Source: Lingula anatina (lineage: Eukaryota > Animalia > Brachiopoda). From it: a DNA stretch of 64,000 bases. A program made the translations under genes and the position numbers. Shown one piece after another: positions 11,451 through 42,381 of this stretch (within the stretch, counting starts at the first letter, position 1; each line of letters opens with the position of its first letter). The notes under the pieces are model-generated. The model did no database searches. It saw nothing but the letters and a program-made list of their open reading frames with translations, and had not been told where the DNA came from. The stretch covers positions 22,134,001-22,198,000 of the forward strand of contig CM120646.1 in NCBI GenBank assembly GCA_051362555.1. The letters run 5' to 3'.

Positions 11451-14121
11451 GAGCAATGGTTCCACCTGATCGTATAACCGATAACAGGTAAATTTGCCAG
11501 CTAAGCATTTGACTAATAAGCTCTGTTAACCAACCTGTGAACGTTTTTGGCTGTTTAACAGCTTTCTATATTGACGAGATAAGTGAATCGCTGCCAAGTA
11601 TATCTCACTATCTGAGCAACCGATCGTTACAAAAGTTGCACCTATTGTTGTTGGGAATGTGGACTACAGCATGATATCAGGGGTTTAAGAGGAAATTGTT
11701 TGTTTGAAAGTTATCGTCTTTTGAAGTGAATAACCCATTGAAATATGGGGTAATTTAACATAAAAGATGATAAAATCAAAAGTAAATAGTTTAAGACAAT
11801 TCCCTGGTACCGCGCTGAAGTGCTTTCACCCAGCTTTATGAGGCCTTTTGAATCACTTGAATAGCTGTCTTGGTTATAGAGAAAATCCCAATTCCGAAAA
11901 CGGCATTTCCCCCCCAAAATTGGCGCTATAGCGTCATCCGTTGGACACTGTACTTAATCCCCGTCTTTAATTGGCCTTTTGGGAAGTTTGTTTTAATTTT
12001 TTATAAAAAGTTATAAGCCCAGGGCTTTGTTTCTATGACTTTGGTCCTTTTACTATTAGTGGCCTTAAATGTTATATATGCTGCAACAAGTACCTGCAAG
12101 CCTAACTTTCGGAGATTACCGTCTATGTTATATCTGGATGCTCTATATAAAGTGATTTGGTGTTCTGTATGATATGTATCTGAAATAGTTTGGTTGCTTC
12201 CATCCCCTTTTCTTTGGGCACGTGGGCCGTGGACCTCGTCTTCTGCTATGGAGATGGGGTGAGAAGCATTATTTGCCATCTTGACCAACGTGTCTGTATT
12301 CTTAGTTATTTAGAACATTAAAGTAAAACTTATATTACTTTGGTCCACTTATGTAGATTGAACAGCTACATGTACACGCATTACTCGTTTGTAAAATTTA
12401 ATCTTGAGAGCAATTTTATGTGGCCTTGAACTTGTTTACGCAGCACATATTTAGTTATGTCTTCCACGTGATTATCACCTGCTGAAGCCCCAAGGACAAT
12501 GTTATGATCTTAATGCGTAATCCAGATGGAGTATGTACCAAGTTATCTTGGAGTTACTCAGAGCAATAGGGTGACGTTGTGATTAAATAAAGAACACTGT
12601 GTTGCTCTCAGGTGGGTCACCCCGTGTTCTTGTAGTGTATTGGAAATTATATTGACATCTTTTTAATTATTGATTGCAGTATGACCCTTTCTTGTAAAAT
12701 GTACTTTTGAAGATAATTCAATAGATTGAACAACAACATGGGTGTGGTCGCTTGTGAAATGCGCTCTTGAAGACCATGTTATAGAGCGCACGTTATCTGG
12801 CCCTTAACTTGTTTACGTGACCCAGTTTTAGTTTTGACCTAAATAGTGATCATCACCTGCTGAAGTGCAAGGAACAATACTGTGGTCTCTTAATATGTAA
12901 TCAAACTGGACTTTGAAACCGTTGTGCATGGCTTTCGTGATAACTTAACTGCCTTAACATTGTTTTACCTGTGGGAATTGAGTTTGTGGTCTGACGAGTA
13001 TGTCATTGTGCTCTTTGAGAAACACATGGCAGCATGTGGTCATTGTTTCCCCATGTTACTTGCCGAAAATATTAACAATTATATTTAACCAATGATATCA
13101 AAGGCCGAAGTTGAATTTAGTTACACGATTCACTCGAAATGTTACACATAGGCACTGTGGTCGGTTTGTCAGCATACATCTTTATAAACGCTTTGACCGC
13201 AATATCGCCACCTTCACTGTAGTAGAGTGGAGGTGAGACGACTGATACTTGCCATAGCATTTGTTAATACGGTGGTCAAAGAACAGCTTTTCCCTGTCCC
13301 TCATCATCTCGCAATCGATTAACATTGGTTGAAACCGAACCGACATGAACAATAATTTATTGACGCATGCAGAGGTGAAGGCAAATACATGTAGCATCCA
13401 TTATATCAGCTCCCAGCTCTGATCGTGAATCAAAACTCTGAAAGGTTTTAAACAAAATTATTGACATATGCCAATATATCAGCGATCAATTAGTTTGATG
13501 TGACATAAATATGTTCATAATAATCTACCAACATCTTATTTCATGATATTCAAGTGTCATTTTTAATATTAGCCATCGTAACAAGGACTGGATAATTAAA
13601 GTTGCGGTGATTACTTAAAATAACAAACTGAAGATGTTGAACTTTACTTAAAATATATAAAGGATTTCAAGTTCAACTTGTCTAAGGGCAAGTTATACCT
13701 TTGATCATTTTGTGTGGGTTAAGGACTTTGTAATTTGCAAAGCTATTTTGACAAATTAACTGTCAGAAAAGGATGATTAAATGAAAACTCGTTAAGTAGG
13801 AGTGTTGAGCTTTCAAGGGGTACATTTAAAGGAGACTTTGTTCCACTTACTTGGATCATTATGGTCAGTATGTCCTATAAAAAGAAGAAATATAAAAAAA
13901 TGCACGACAAAACATATTCTTTCCAACTGTGCCCAAATAAATAAATTATCATAACAGCCGCCATTGCATCAAGAATAACTGTGTGATTCCAAAACTGCAC
14001 TGCTTATTCTTGATATGCCTCAACATAACTGGCATTGGGGAATGGATGCTTTAAGGGTCAGAAATGTAATTTTCTTTCTCAAACAGGCCGGAAAATTCCA
14101 GAAAGCCATAAGGTCTAATTA

Positions 14122-15507
14122 CACACACTGGACAAAAGAAGTGTCACCCCTACTGAGCCAATACTATGGGGGAGATAAATGACTGTGGAATGATATGCTC
14201 CTAGTATCATTTTATTAACATCAAATTTCACAAAAAATCACAAAATGAGAACAAAATATACATTCTACCAAAATATGTAGTTTCAAGTCCAAAATTAGTA
14301 CTTAGTGGCATAGCCACGTGACCTAATAATAGGTGCCAGTCTACGAAGCAAGGATTCATTTAATTGTCTGATGCGTTCAGGGCTATTGCTGGCCCAAGCA
14401 TGAAACACTGAATATAACAGAGTTTCTCTGCTGGTTAGACGGGCATTTGTAAAAAGTTTTGACATATCATTCCACACGTTTTCTATTATGTTTGTATCCG
14501 GACTCTGGGCAGGCCACATCACCCTGCGAATGTACTGTTGGTCAAACCAATCATTAACTGCTCTGGGCCTGTGACAAGAAGCATTGTCATCCTGGTGAAC
14601 AGATGGATTATTCCTTTCACCAAACATGTTAGTAATAGATGGTAGCAAGCCTGACTCCAAAACATCGATATATTTCTAGTGATTCATGTTTCCATTAACC
14701 ACTATCAATTCGCCCAAGCCATGGATGCTGATGCAGCTCCACACCATGATGAATATGCTGCTCCGGGTTGGAAAATTCAGTGCATGTGGTTCAAATGCTT
14801 TACCAGCAGTTTGCCAGCATAGTACCCGTCTGTCATCAGAGGTCAGACCAAAGCGACACTCATCAGAAAAAATATATAGGACCAATTGTCATGAACTGTC
14901 CAGTTCCAGATCCTGTTGACCCTAGTTTACTCTACGTTGCCTGTTTTGTAACGATTTAAGAGGTTTCAGTCTTGCTACCCTGCTGTACACTCTCTGAGCA
15001 TGTAACCGACGCCTAGCAATTTTCACAGACAAATTCTTATGTGTGAAATTGTTCCACTGTGTTGTCAACTGACAAGCAGTGTCGAACTTTGGCAACCTGG
15101 ACATCAAAATAAGTCGTCGGTCTTCACGGCCAGTATTTTTTCTTGGACGACCCATCAGAGGCAATTTGTCTCTTGATCCAGTGTTTCTATACCGAGACCA
15201 GACCCTCTGCACGGTTCTGACTGAACAATTCAATTGTATCGATATTCTGACATTGCTTATATTCCGCCTCTTCAGGTTAATAACTTGCACCTATAACCGT
15301 TAGATAATTACCTGTATCTTGCCATACTGGAGGAAGACAGGAATAACATTTGCTGTACATGTACAAGACCAACAATACAATTCCTCGGTATAGCGGTTTT
15401 ATACTCATTAGTCACATTATAAGTAGACCAGGCATTATAAGTACCCAAGATCTGCCTACTTTCATTACTCTGAGTTAGGGGGTGACACTTCTTTTGTCCA
15501 GTGTGTG
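14122..15507 (-). mobile_element. Tc1/mariner DNA transposon, full length (1386 bp)
   Basis: TA target duplication; TIRs CACACACTGGACAAAAGAAGTGTCACCCC at both ends; transposase remnant inside. Confidence 0.95.
14295..15325 (-). pseudogene. Tc1-family DD34E transposase, disrupted by stops and frameshifts
   Basis: HTH region (CSVRTVQRV..GRPRK), FSDECRF, QDDNASCH, WPAQSPDTNIIENVW, GYATKY end; 34 residues between the second D and the E; split across three ORFs. Confidence 0.93.
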
Positions 15508-16108
15508 TAATTTTTTCAATATTTTTTATCAAAACATTAAACCGAAAATCCACTTATAACATCCGCCAATTGTTTTTATGTAAAATTAAAATTATTACAA
15601 ATGGATGAAGGCATTCTATGCATCGTACTTTAAAGACAGACATTTCAAATCTCCCTTTACCTGAATGATTTCCTCAGGAAGACAAGGCCCCACATCAATG
15701 TCTACCATATCTCTAAGCAAACATCAATAAATATCCATTGAACAAATCACGAGTGTCGAAACCTCTTTGAAATCATTTGGGATATATCATGTAGTATGAC
15801 CTTGGTTTCATATTCGGATCATTACAGATTTAGGATCATTTTTTTTTACATACCGACTTTTTTTTCTGACTATGGAATAATCTTAACATTGTGTACAGCG
15901 TTTATTGTTGACAGAGCAGGATTGTGGAATAAACTAGTGTGAACTAGAAACAGAATATTCTATTTTGCTTTAGTTAGTCATTAACAGAAGAAAACACCAC
16001 CGATGTTTTTTAAACACTGTAGAAAATTATCTTAGATAACATGAAAGTCAATAAATCAACTACTCAGAAAGAAACCCCGTTTCTTGTTTACTAACATGCA
16101 CATTTTAG

Positions 16109-16186
16109 GATCTCCAACCACCACAGTAATGACAGAAGTCATAAGCACAATAAGTAGTACCAGCACCATGGTGATTAGTACAGTTG
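16109..16186 (+). CDS. Candidate Thr/Ser-rich (mucin-like) micro-exon
   Basis: cattttag acceptor, G|gtgaat donor, phase 1-1, 78 bp; SPTTTVMTEVISTISSTSTMVISTV. Confidence 0.4.
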
Positions 16187-16699
16187 GTGAATATAATAGC
16201 ATCACTACGGTTTGTTCATTCTTGTTTTATATGCCAATTAAAATACCCATTTGTTGTCTCTCGGCCAACCTGGTTTTCATCTACTTATCTAGGGTCTGTC
16301 GGATGAATTTTTTTATTATTCTTAAAGGGTGAAAAGTGCACGTAGACGACGCCAAGCCCAGGTGATAACTTTATGTGCAGACGCATAGGGTATGCAAAAA
16401 GAAACTGGTTTTCAAGTCACCGACTGTGTTGTCTACAGTTTGGGTAATGTATAACTACTGATACTTAATGTATTAACATTTATTACTTTCATGTGACTTC
16501 GATATCTTAAATAAATAACCTTTAAGGGGCAAGATAACGCAGAATGTTTTGGTAGGCATGCTCGCACCAGGTGCAGTCATATTTCAGGTCAGATCACGAA
16601 TCCTAAAGACAAGGAAGACGGGAAATCACAGAGAGTTTAAGCAGAAAGGTATCACATAGTCGGTATTGGATTAAAATAGCTATTCACGGCGTGCTATAC

Positions 16700-16700
<1 letters not shown>

Positions 16701-16752
<52 letters not shown>
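16701..16752. repeat. (TG)n microsatellite
   Basis: Direct observation. Confidence 0.95.
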
Positions 16753-16754
<2 letters not shown>

Positions 16755-17969
16755 GTGCGGGGGCTGAACAAAAGTACTGTGGCTTCCACTTGCTGCGGTG
16801 ACCTTTTAATTGGGCTAGCAGATTTGGCTGCCCGCCAGCTTTTCTTTTGCTGCATAATATGCTGAGTAATTACTGCGGACTGCTATTTGTGTCAATACAA
16901 ATTTCTAACATTTGAGTCGGTCACCTTCAAAAAATGCAGATACATGTACTATGCAGAATTTGAATGTTTTAACTTCACACGCTAACGACCAGCGAAAGAA
17001 GGGGTAAAAGGGAAAGAAATAGCTACATAAACCTCAGAAGCTAATAAGGACCCGACGCTGTTATGTGTGCATGTGACTTTCATTTTACTCAGATTTTTGG
17101 ACGGAATATACATACAGTTATGACCACCTATTGTTTACTACAAAAGGAAATAGTGTCATTTTGATTTAATATTTAAACTCTACGGAAATACCACAGTGAA
17201 ATAGTTGCATAGAGTTTTTTTTATAATTAGAGTAGAAAATAGACAATAAAATTGAAACACACACGCTTATCTTTGGCACGTTATATTGTTCAATTGTGGA
17301 ACTTGGAACTTCGCTGATTTATAACTATCATATACAATGCGATTGCACTATTTATATGCATACGTTTATTTTTTTAAAGACCATCATGGTTTACAGCAAC
17401 AGGAACGTTCATCTTAATTGGGCATGTGTCATGGTGTGGCTTTGCACCAGTATTACCTGTACGCTAAAATGTAAGTATGTCAATGCCGACACACACATGG
17501 ACGTCCACTTACACATAGAAAGATTGCTGGAATTGAAATCTTTCACAATTGTCTTTAAACTTATTTTTATTGAATTATTTATTTAATTATGTTTCAGTTT
17601 TCAGTATACTTCAAACTTTATTTGCCATTTTAAGAGATGTTATTTTCAGGGTGTCGGGGAGGCATAAGGATTCCTCAATTAGTTTGATCTTATTTAACAA
17701 AAATATACTCAAACACATGTATGTATGGCATCTAAACATTTTGGCAAGTGCTTACAAGTTTAGGTAATTACAATATTATGTAGTTGAACATGTATTTTTC
17801 CCGTTTGTTCATTACAGAATAAAATCTGTCGAAAATGACAATTATGGGAACGATTTGGCAAAATGAGGTTTAATCTCATAATAAACGTATCCCATATCTA
17901 CCAAAGGCATACATATCGATGTCTTTGTTTGAAAAGAAATACTGTTAACGTTTCTGTCGCTTTTTCCAG

Positions 17970-34684
<16,715 letters not shown>

Positions 34685-35914
34685 CTGATTGTTGCTAAAG
34701 CAGATTAAGAGGCAATGCATACGTTGAAGTATCTTACCAATTATATTGAATTGAACTCATATACTATTTCAATATTAGATATCTGCAAAAAAAAGACACG
34801 ATATTGCTTGACGGTAGTCTACGTTTTGTTAATGTACTACGGAGTGTTTATGCGTAATATGCGCAAATCTTTATAACGGTAGTATGAAAATATACATATA
34901 CATGTATATTGTACAATTTTGCTATGTTATTCTCCCTGGGTGTGCGAGTGCCATTTTATTCATTTTATTAATTATTTTTACTGCAAAAAAAGTTTTTTAC
35001 TAATTCACATAATTACCATTTTAAGCATAATTTCCAAGGCGTGTCACCTGAATTGGGGTATCAAGTGCGTGTATTTTAGAAAACGGCTCGTGTGAAGACG
35101 GGTAGTGGGGTCGGTCTCTTTTGCAACCCCACAACTGAAATTTCTGCAAAATTATTTGTAAATAATAACTTTTGCTTAATCGTCACATCATAATTTTTAT
35201 TGATGATTTTTATCGATAAGTCTTATTGAAAATTTGATATATACTGTTATCCCTAAGACCATAACATTTAATGCAGGGAAAATTTTGTTACATTGTTATT
35301 ATTGTTAAAATTATTAGGATATTGCCGGTTATATAATAAAGGCGGTCTTGCTTGGCGAAATCTCGAACAATCGATATTCTTTGTTGCCTTCTTTCTTGTC
35401 ATAAATGGGTATTTGAACGTTTGTGGTGCATTGGGATGGAGGAGACATAAATCAGATTCTGTAGGTTTGTCATTCATTCTTTCAAACATTCCACCATGTT
35501 ATGAGACCCAGTAGGTAAAAACAAGTGCAGATGAAGCAGCCAAGGCTATAAACATAATAAGTGAGCTATTGGATGGATGGGTTTTATAACCTAGATTTGT
35601 TTTGTTCAGGTCGACGACAATATCATGTTAAAGAATGTTTAGTGATATATCCCTGTCTGCAACATGAGTTTTAGTCTACCGATTACAATGCATGTATTAT
35701 AAGCAGTGGATTATGTACGTTGTAATGCTGGTTTTACAGCGCAATTTTTTGCACGATGTCTGTTTTGTTACATCAAACAATACGGGCAGACTGCCGGTTT
35801 TGAACATTCTGCTGATCAAATTCATATATTGGTGTTCTTCTCTAACTTATATCTCGAAATGTTTAAGCCACAATCAAGAAGAATGTATGCAAGTTATTGT
35901 GGCTTGCGTGTTTA

Positions 35915-36036
35915 TCTGTCTGTCTGTGTGTGTGTCTGTGTGTGTGTCTGTGTGTGTGCATGTGCGCGTGTTCGAGTGTGTGTGTGTAAGTGTGTGCCTG
36001 TATGTGTGTTTGTGCGTGCGTGCGAGTGTGTATGTG
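35915..36036. repeat. Degenerate (TG)n microsatellite
   Basis: Direct observation. Confidence 0.9.
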
Positions 36037-37134
36037 TTAATGCTCATTTTTTAATGTTTAACTTTAGTAGCATATTTCATAAATTCTACATAACAGACAC
36101 TCGCAGACAGGCAGACAGACAAACATATGCGTGTGTAGACCTGGTGCTGTTTCACCACAATCCAGACCACAGTTTCAAAAAAATTTGGACTGAGATTTTT
36201 TAAAAAAGCAGTATTAGCACTCTAACATTTCTTTTGTACAGAAGCACATCGTCTTGTGAGATACCAGTTTTATTTTAACTGACCGGTTTTACGTTTATAT
36301 TCAGAAATTAAAATACCCGTTCAAATAATGTTGCATATCAAATACTTCGAACTGGATGTACCGTATTATCACATGCATATTCATATTTTTATGATTTCAA
36401 AGTGGATGTGGATATGTTGCAAAAACCGAACAACACGCAACGACTGATCAGCATCCGACGTCTTTATCATGCTAATTACCACCATGGAATGGGAAAGCTT
36501 TTCCAACATATAACAAGTAGTTTTCTCTTTTTCCTTTGCTGATCACAGAGTCGGTAGAACGCAAAAGACTGGTGTGGACAGCCAAGGTAAATGACTTTTT
36601 TTTCTTATTCAAGTTTGTGGATAAAAGTAATGAGCTTATAAACCATTGATAAATACTAATATGATCCATAAAACAGTATCACTTGCTACAGAACTACACA
36701 CTCTAACACTGTCCCAGATGTGAGACAGGTTGCGCCTCCCCCGTCTTTGGTCATTGAAGATCTTTGACCCAAATGTAGATGACCCCCTGTACCCTTCGGT
36801 TGAACCGCAGGGGGTCATGGGGGTCATGGGGTCATGTCCACATTGGTCCAACTGATGGTGTGACCAGATGCTTAAACGTTGATGCGTTTTTCGTTTATTT
36901 AAAGACTGGCGACATTAAGAAAATGGCCGCTAGCTATTTATTCAGTTATTTAAAAAAAAAAAACATTATTCACGTAGGCATTTTTCTGAGACGTTAGGCA
37001 ACATACTCACTTCCTGACAAGTGGCATGTTCTTCTACTCTAGATTGCTTGGGAAATGTGACAGTAACGGAGGTTTAAAATGATATTTTTCAGATTTCAGA
37101 ACTACCATCGTTGTAGAAAGACCTGCACCCAACC

Positions 37135-38310
37135 ATGATGTTCTCCAGTCTATTGATACTGTGTTTGTCACCATGTTGACTGGTGACATTGATTCCTTAA
37201 TGGTTATACGGGATAAAAAGGTATCAAAATTATCTTTGCTGACCTACCAAAATTCACCTTTATGTAATGGAAATATTTCTCGCAAAAGTTATGACAAAGA
37301 AATCGTATTTGTCATTTTTGTTGTTTGGCGGTAGAAAAAAACATACGGTTTGGCTAAACTAATGTTGAATTGTAAGGTCAGTGTTAGCAGTTCAGGTTCA
37401 TGCTTATAATTCATTCAGAAATAGTGATAAGATCCATAAGACAGAACTGCTCTCTACAGAACTGCACACTATAACAATGTGAGCCATAGGCAGTAAACAG
37501 TGATGCTCTCAGCACAGACTACCAAGATACATAAAAACCAAAAACATGTTATTATATTACTATAATTATGACAGACAAAAAGTATCGGGAACATCAATAA
37601 CGGTGAAAAATTGATAGAACCCTAAATCATAAGATGAATGCATGTTTCTCTTACAGGTACATGATGAGCCACCAAGTGATATTTGGGCTGCCAAATGGAG
37701 ATATTTCATAGATATCCTGGACATAAACGGAGATGGAAAGCTGGATAAAAACGAATACGTAAATATGATGGCAGCAAGAGTAGGTGCAATAACGAAGTCT
37801 GCTGAGAAGGAAGAGGAAATAAGAGCTTATTTGCAGACTGCATGGGACAAATGGTGGAAAGAGCTTATGAATGACCAAAACTTAGAAAGCTTAACCGCAA
37901 ACGATGTGAGCAAAAACAAAGCTGAAATCATTGTCAAAATGGTTGAGCGACATAATCTCGACATCGAAGACAATTGGGCTCTTACATTCCTTAAGCTGGT
38001 GGATGCAAACGGGGATGACATTCTCGATGCAAAAGAGTATGACAATTTTCTCAAAATCTTCCACGCTATATTTTCTGCAGACATTTTCTCTGAAGTGGAT
38101 TCCAACAAAAATGGTGCTATTAGCAAAGATGAAATGGTTATAAATCAGTTGCTGTTCGATACAAGTGACACCATGAAAGGGGCAAATTTTTACGGGAAGG
38201 TAGTCTTACCTAATGGCCCTTATATAGTCTCAATAAGTGAACGACTACGAGGTTACGAGTCGAACGACATATTTAACCAGAGTAGGGCCTCATTTGTTAT
38301 TTTTGCTTGA
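37135..38310 (+). CDS. EF-hand protein 1 (sarcoplasmic calcium-binding protein/calexcitin/aequorin-fold); leader exon has a 1-nt frameshift
   Basis: Exons 37135-37220 and 37657-38310; EF loops DINGDGKLDKNE, DANGDDILDAKE, DSNKNGAISKDE, with the second EF site degenerate; in-frame ATG at 37173. Confidence 0.8.
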
Positions 38311-38516
38311 TTATCAAGCTGAACGCAGTGTCGAATGAGCCTAAAACTACACTAAAATGTTTTTAAGTTCAGTTGTATGAGATTATGTAAGAAACTGTTA
38401 TAAACTGTTTTAAAATGTTATAAACTATGACCAAATATATATTCGCAATGTACAATTCTTGTGTTTTGATATACAGGTTCGTCCATAAGAAACCATTTGA
38501 ATTGAGATGGAAAGTA

Positions 38517-38904
38517 AAACAGGTAGTTTTTATGGACCACCCTGTGTATTCAACTGATCTGCTAGTTATTCTGTGAGGGAGTGTAGTACACGGTTGTTTT
38601 GTCAATTTGTGAATCAAGAATCTTTTGTCATTTAATCTGTGCACCACATAAGACACATAACGCCAGAGATGCAACGCCGTGAAGCATTTTACTTGTAAGA
38701 TATAATCAAACAGGTAGTTTTTATGGACCACCCTGTGTATTCAACTGATCTGCTAGTTATTCTGTGAGGGAGTGTAGTACACGGTTGTTTTGTCAATTTG
38801 TGAATCAAGAATCTTTTGTCATTTAATCTGTGCACCACATAAGACACATAACGCCAGAGATGCAACGCCGTGAAGCATTTTACTTGTAAGATATAATCAA
38901 ACAG
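38517..38904. repeat. Two-copy tandem duplication, period 191 bp
   Basis: aggtagtttttatggacc at 38521 and 38712; the copies appear identical. Confidence 0.93.
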
Positions 38905-39949
38905 CCATAAAAGTAATGATGCTTTCATTACATGATATACATGTAAGATACTACATAATCAAACAGCAATGAAAGTAACAGTTCTTTCATAAGTATTGTG
39001 AATTCAATGTATTGTGAAAGTCGAGACATTTGACTGTTCAAGTATTTTCCGTAGCAATCATTTTATTCTGACACCATATGAAAACAGGATGTTTTTGAAC
39101 AGACATGTTATCAAAACAGACAAAAGGCACACACGTGTCGCCGGTCTAGTATCTTTATCATGCTAATGACCCTCATGTGAACAGCCCTACGACAAGGGAT
39201 TACGTATGCAAAAGGGAATAAGAATGCAATACCCATTTATTCCTGTGCTGATCAACGGGATCGGGAGATTGCAAAAGAGCTTTCTGATCAGTAAGGTAAA
39301 TCAAAATATTTTTGTATGTTTTCCAGATTCAATATATTACTATTAGTGACATATATTCTAAGTTTGATTAGTGTTAATTTTCATGACGTATTTTGTCATA
39401 ATTCATGTTTGCCATGAATTTCTACAAAGTTTGTAGCTAAATCCATATTCCATGCGTAGGGTCTCCAGTCACCTATTACTGAGAGCGATGAAATCAATGA
39501 CACGCTTCAATCCAGCCCCGCTTTTGTAGGATCCATTGGATGTCATATAATTTAGTTTTCATCTGTTTTGGATCAAATATATTTTACTTCAGTTTTACAA
39601 ATGACGGTATTTCATTAATTGGTCTCCTGTTGTTTTACATTGTAATCCTTGGCAAACGTACAAGTGTGAACCATTCTAAGGGCTCTCTTTTTCCTTTTAC
39701 TCCGTCTTGTCAAACCCTTCATTTTTTCTGCTGTGTGTCTTTATGCAAGGCATGATTCGATGGATATTAAGGTAGGGATAAGACCTAAGTGTATTCATCA
39801 TTTGCTTCAAGTTAACATTCAGATATTCCAGTATTTATTTTCTATTATAAAGTTCTTTAGTGTCACTTCATTACCACAGTTTGTCTTTAAGATCTGTGAC
39901 TTTTTTTTCTATTTTTTTTTTCTAATTTTTTACAGACCTGCACCGAACC

Positions 39950-40993
39950 ATGATGATCTCTTATTCAATGGTAACCGTTTTTGCTGCCATGTTGATGAGT
40001 GACAGTGTTTCCACGCTAGTTATACAGGATAAAAAGGTACATAGGTCATTATCTATACTGTCACTAAATGGAGTTTACTTTTTTATCTTAGAAGATCTAT
40101 TTTGGTAAACAGTTATTTCAAGTTTTGGTTCGTACGGAAGGGTCATATAAGACAATGGAATTGGTATGTTTCCGGAAAAAGTACATGGGGATCGTTGTAC
40201 AGTGCAACAAAGGGACCGCCGCCAAGTGATTATACCACTTCAAATCCGTAGGAGCTGCAAAAAAATAAAGAAATTAAGAAAAATATTTCAAATACTGTGT
40301 TGACTTTTATCAATGCACTGCGGTATATGTCTATCAACGTTTCGACTTTGATAATTGATTAAAACAGACTAGTAGATTTTAACCATGTACATGTAAGTCT
40401 CATCATTTCCACATATTTCGTACTGATATTTAACACTTACCTTTCAGACGCCTGGCGGTATGGATATTTGGGCATCCAAATGGAGACATGCCTTAGAAGA
40501 CCTCGACGTAAATGGAGATGGAAAGATGGATAAAGACGAATATGTCAACGGGATTGCTGCCAGAGTAAGAGCTATAACAATGTCCACCGAAAAAGAGAAG
40601 GAAACCAAGGCATATTTGAAGGGAATATGGGACAAGTGGTGGAAAGGTCTTATGAATGACGATAATTTAGAAAGTATTTCAGTTGACGACTTTATCTCAG
40701 CCAAGACAGAAATACAAGCGAAAATGGTTGATAACCAATACCTAGACACGGAAGTTAAATGGATTCTTACGTTCTTTGAGCTGGTGGATGCAAACGGAGA
40801 TGGCATTCTATTTAGAAAAGAGTTTGCCAATTTCCTCAAGATTTCCCACACTCCATTTTCTACGGATATTTTCTCTGAAGTAGATACCAATAGCAATGGT
40901 GCTATAAGTAGGAGTGAAATGGTCATAAACCATTTGTCGTTCCTTACAGGCAACAGTATGGAGGGGAAGGATTTGTATGGAAAAATAGAGTAA
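39950..40993 (+). CDS. EF-hand protein 2 (SCP/aequorin-fold) with a predicted signal peptide
   Basis: Exon 39950-40036 MMISYSMVTVFAAMLMSDSVSTLVIQDKK|gt, exon 40448-40993 in phase 0; EF loops DVNGDGKMDKDE, DANGDGILFRKE, DTNSNGAISRSE; probable non-coding first exon ending near 39295. Confidence 0.88.
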
Positions 40994-42349
40994 TCCAGTT
41001 GCAGGGAATAAAGAAAGCGTGAGGGAAGGACCCTATTGCATAACCCTTGTTCTTTTTCAATGACATTTTGAAGATTGAACAATATTATCAGAAAATAACT
41101 CTATTTTGAAATTAGCCGAAACCAAAAGAAAAATTGCCTATTCAAATTTCAACTAACACTGTTCTAACTCTTGGATGCTAACTTAAATTGTCTGTCAAGA
41201 AAGATAGGCACGCCTTAGTACTGAAAATACAATGTCAATCTATTTTCTCCAGAAAAAAACATTTGTGGATTTGATAATAAAGGTGATGTCGCTACAAGTA
41301 AATGTAAAATGGTTACAGATGGTTTGTTGAGGGGTAAATCGATGTTATCTTTTACCTTATAGTTCGAGTTTAAATATAATATCTAAACTCGAACCCACAT
41401 AATAAAAGAAAAAAACCTTGTATAATTTCGCAACCGCTTAAGGTCTAATGAACGCTTTTAAAAATGTGTAAGCCGGAAAACGTGTAAGCCCGAAAATGTG
41501 TTAGCCCTATAATGGCTCATACATGTGTTTTGACCAACACGTTGCTTGCTTTCTTGAAATTCTATTGAACCACCAATAAAGTTAAACACGCTCTCAAACA
41601 GTAACAAAGTTAATAATGTAAAAATAAATATGCAAAATAAAATTTGAAATGGACTATTATGATTTTGTTACTTGAGAAATAAGACCCACTTAAACAGGTG
41701 TTGAACATATATGCTTTACCTTTCTTTACATGACTTACTTACTTATATAATGACTACATGTTAATTTATCAACACATGAATCAGTACTTACAAAGCTTAA
41801 AAGAACAATGATAACCTTTGACTGCTGACACTTTAATTGTTAAAGTATCAATAAATAAAAAAAGCAGAACTGCATGTAATGATATTGCTAACTGAATAAT
41901 TAAGAATGAGAAAATAAAGCGTGTGGCCATTTATACTTATGAATCTCTTTCTTCTGAAGTTCACTTCTCATCTAAATAAACTGTGATTGCGCAGAATGTG
42001 CTAGGTAAGACTGAGTGCGAATTCTAAACATTAAACAACCTATCTTAAACTAGAAAAATAGAATTCTAGCTCCCAAAAGGGCTATGGACTTAGGTGAGAC
42101 GTGATACAAGTTATTCATTTTGATTATCCCCACCAATTAACTGAAAAGTATTCCCTATTTGAAATACTACATAGGACCTCATAATTTTTGTTTGGTGCGG
42201 TTTCTTCATGAAATAGAAATATAACAATGGTGGCATAGAATCTGCTTCACGCACCAGATATATTCGCTTCCAGCACACATAGGCTATCTATGTATATACC
42301 TGGAGACACGCTTTTTAAGAGGTTTGCCTTAATTTATTCTTTCTGAATT

Positions 42350-42350
<1 letters not shown>

Positions 42351-42381
<31 letters not shown>

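Noticed and set aside
12001-12288. 95 aa minus-strand ORF
   Set aside because: No recognisable motif or supporting exon chain; probably a repeat remnant
12350-12905. Two diverged ~370 bp direct repeats (tagattgaaca..cttgtttacg..atcacctgctgaag)
   Set aside because: Real but old and non-coding; no function can be supported
35692-36203. Cys/Val-rich ORFs of 120 and 165 aa
   Set aside because: Translation of the (TG)n microsatellite
36775-36840. Hairpin and GGGGTCAT repeats
   Set aside because: Short; no termini or TSD found to define an element and no RNA gene pattern
40444-41082. 212 aa minus-strand ORF
   Set aside because: Antisense shadow of EF-hand gene 2
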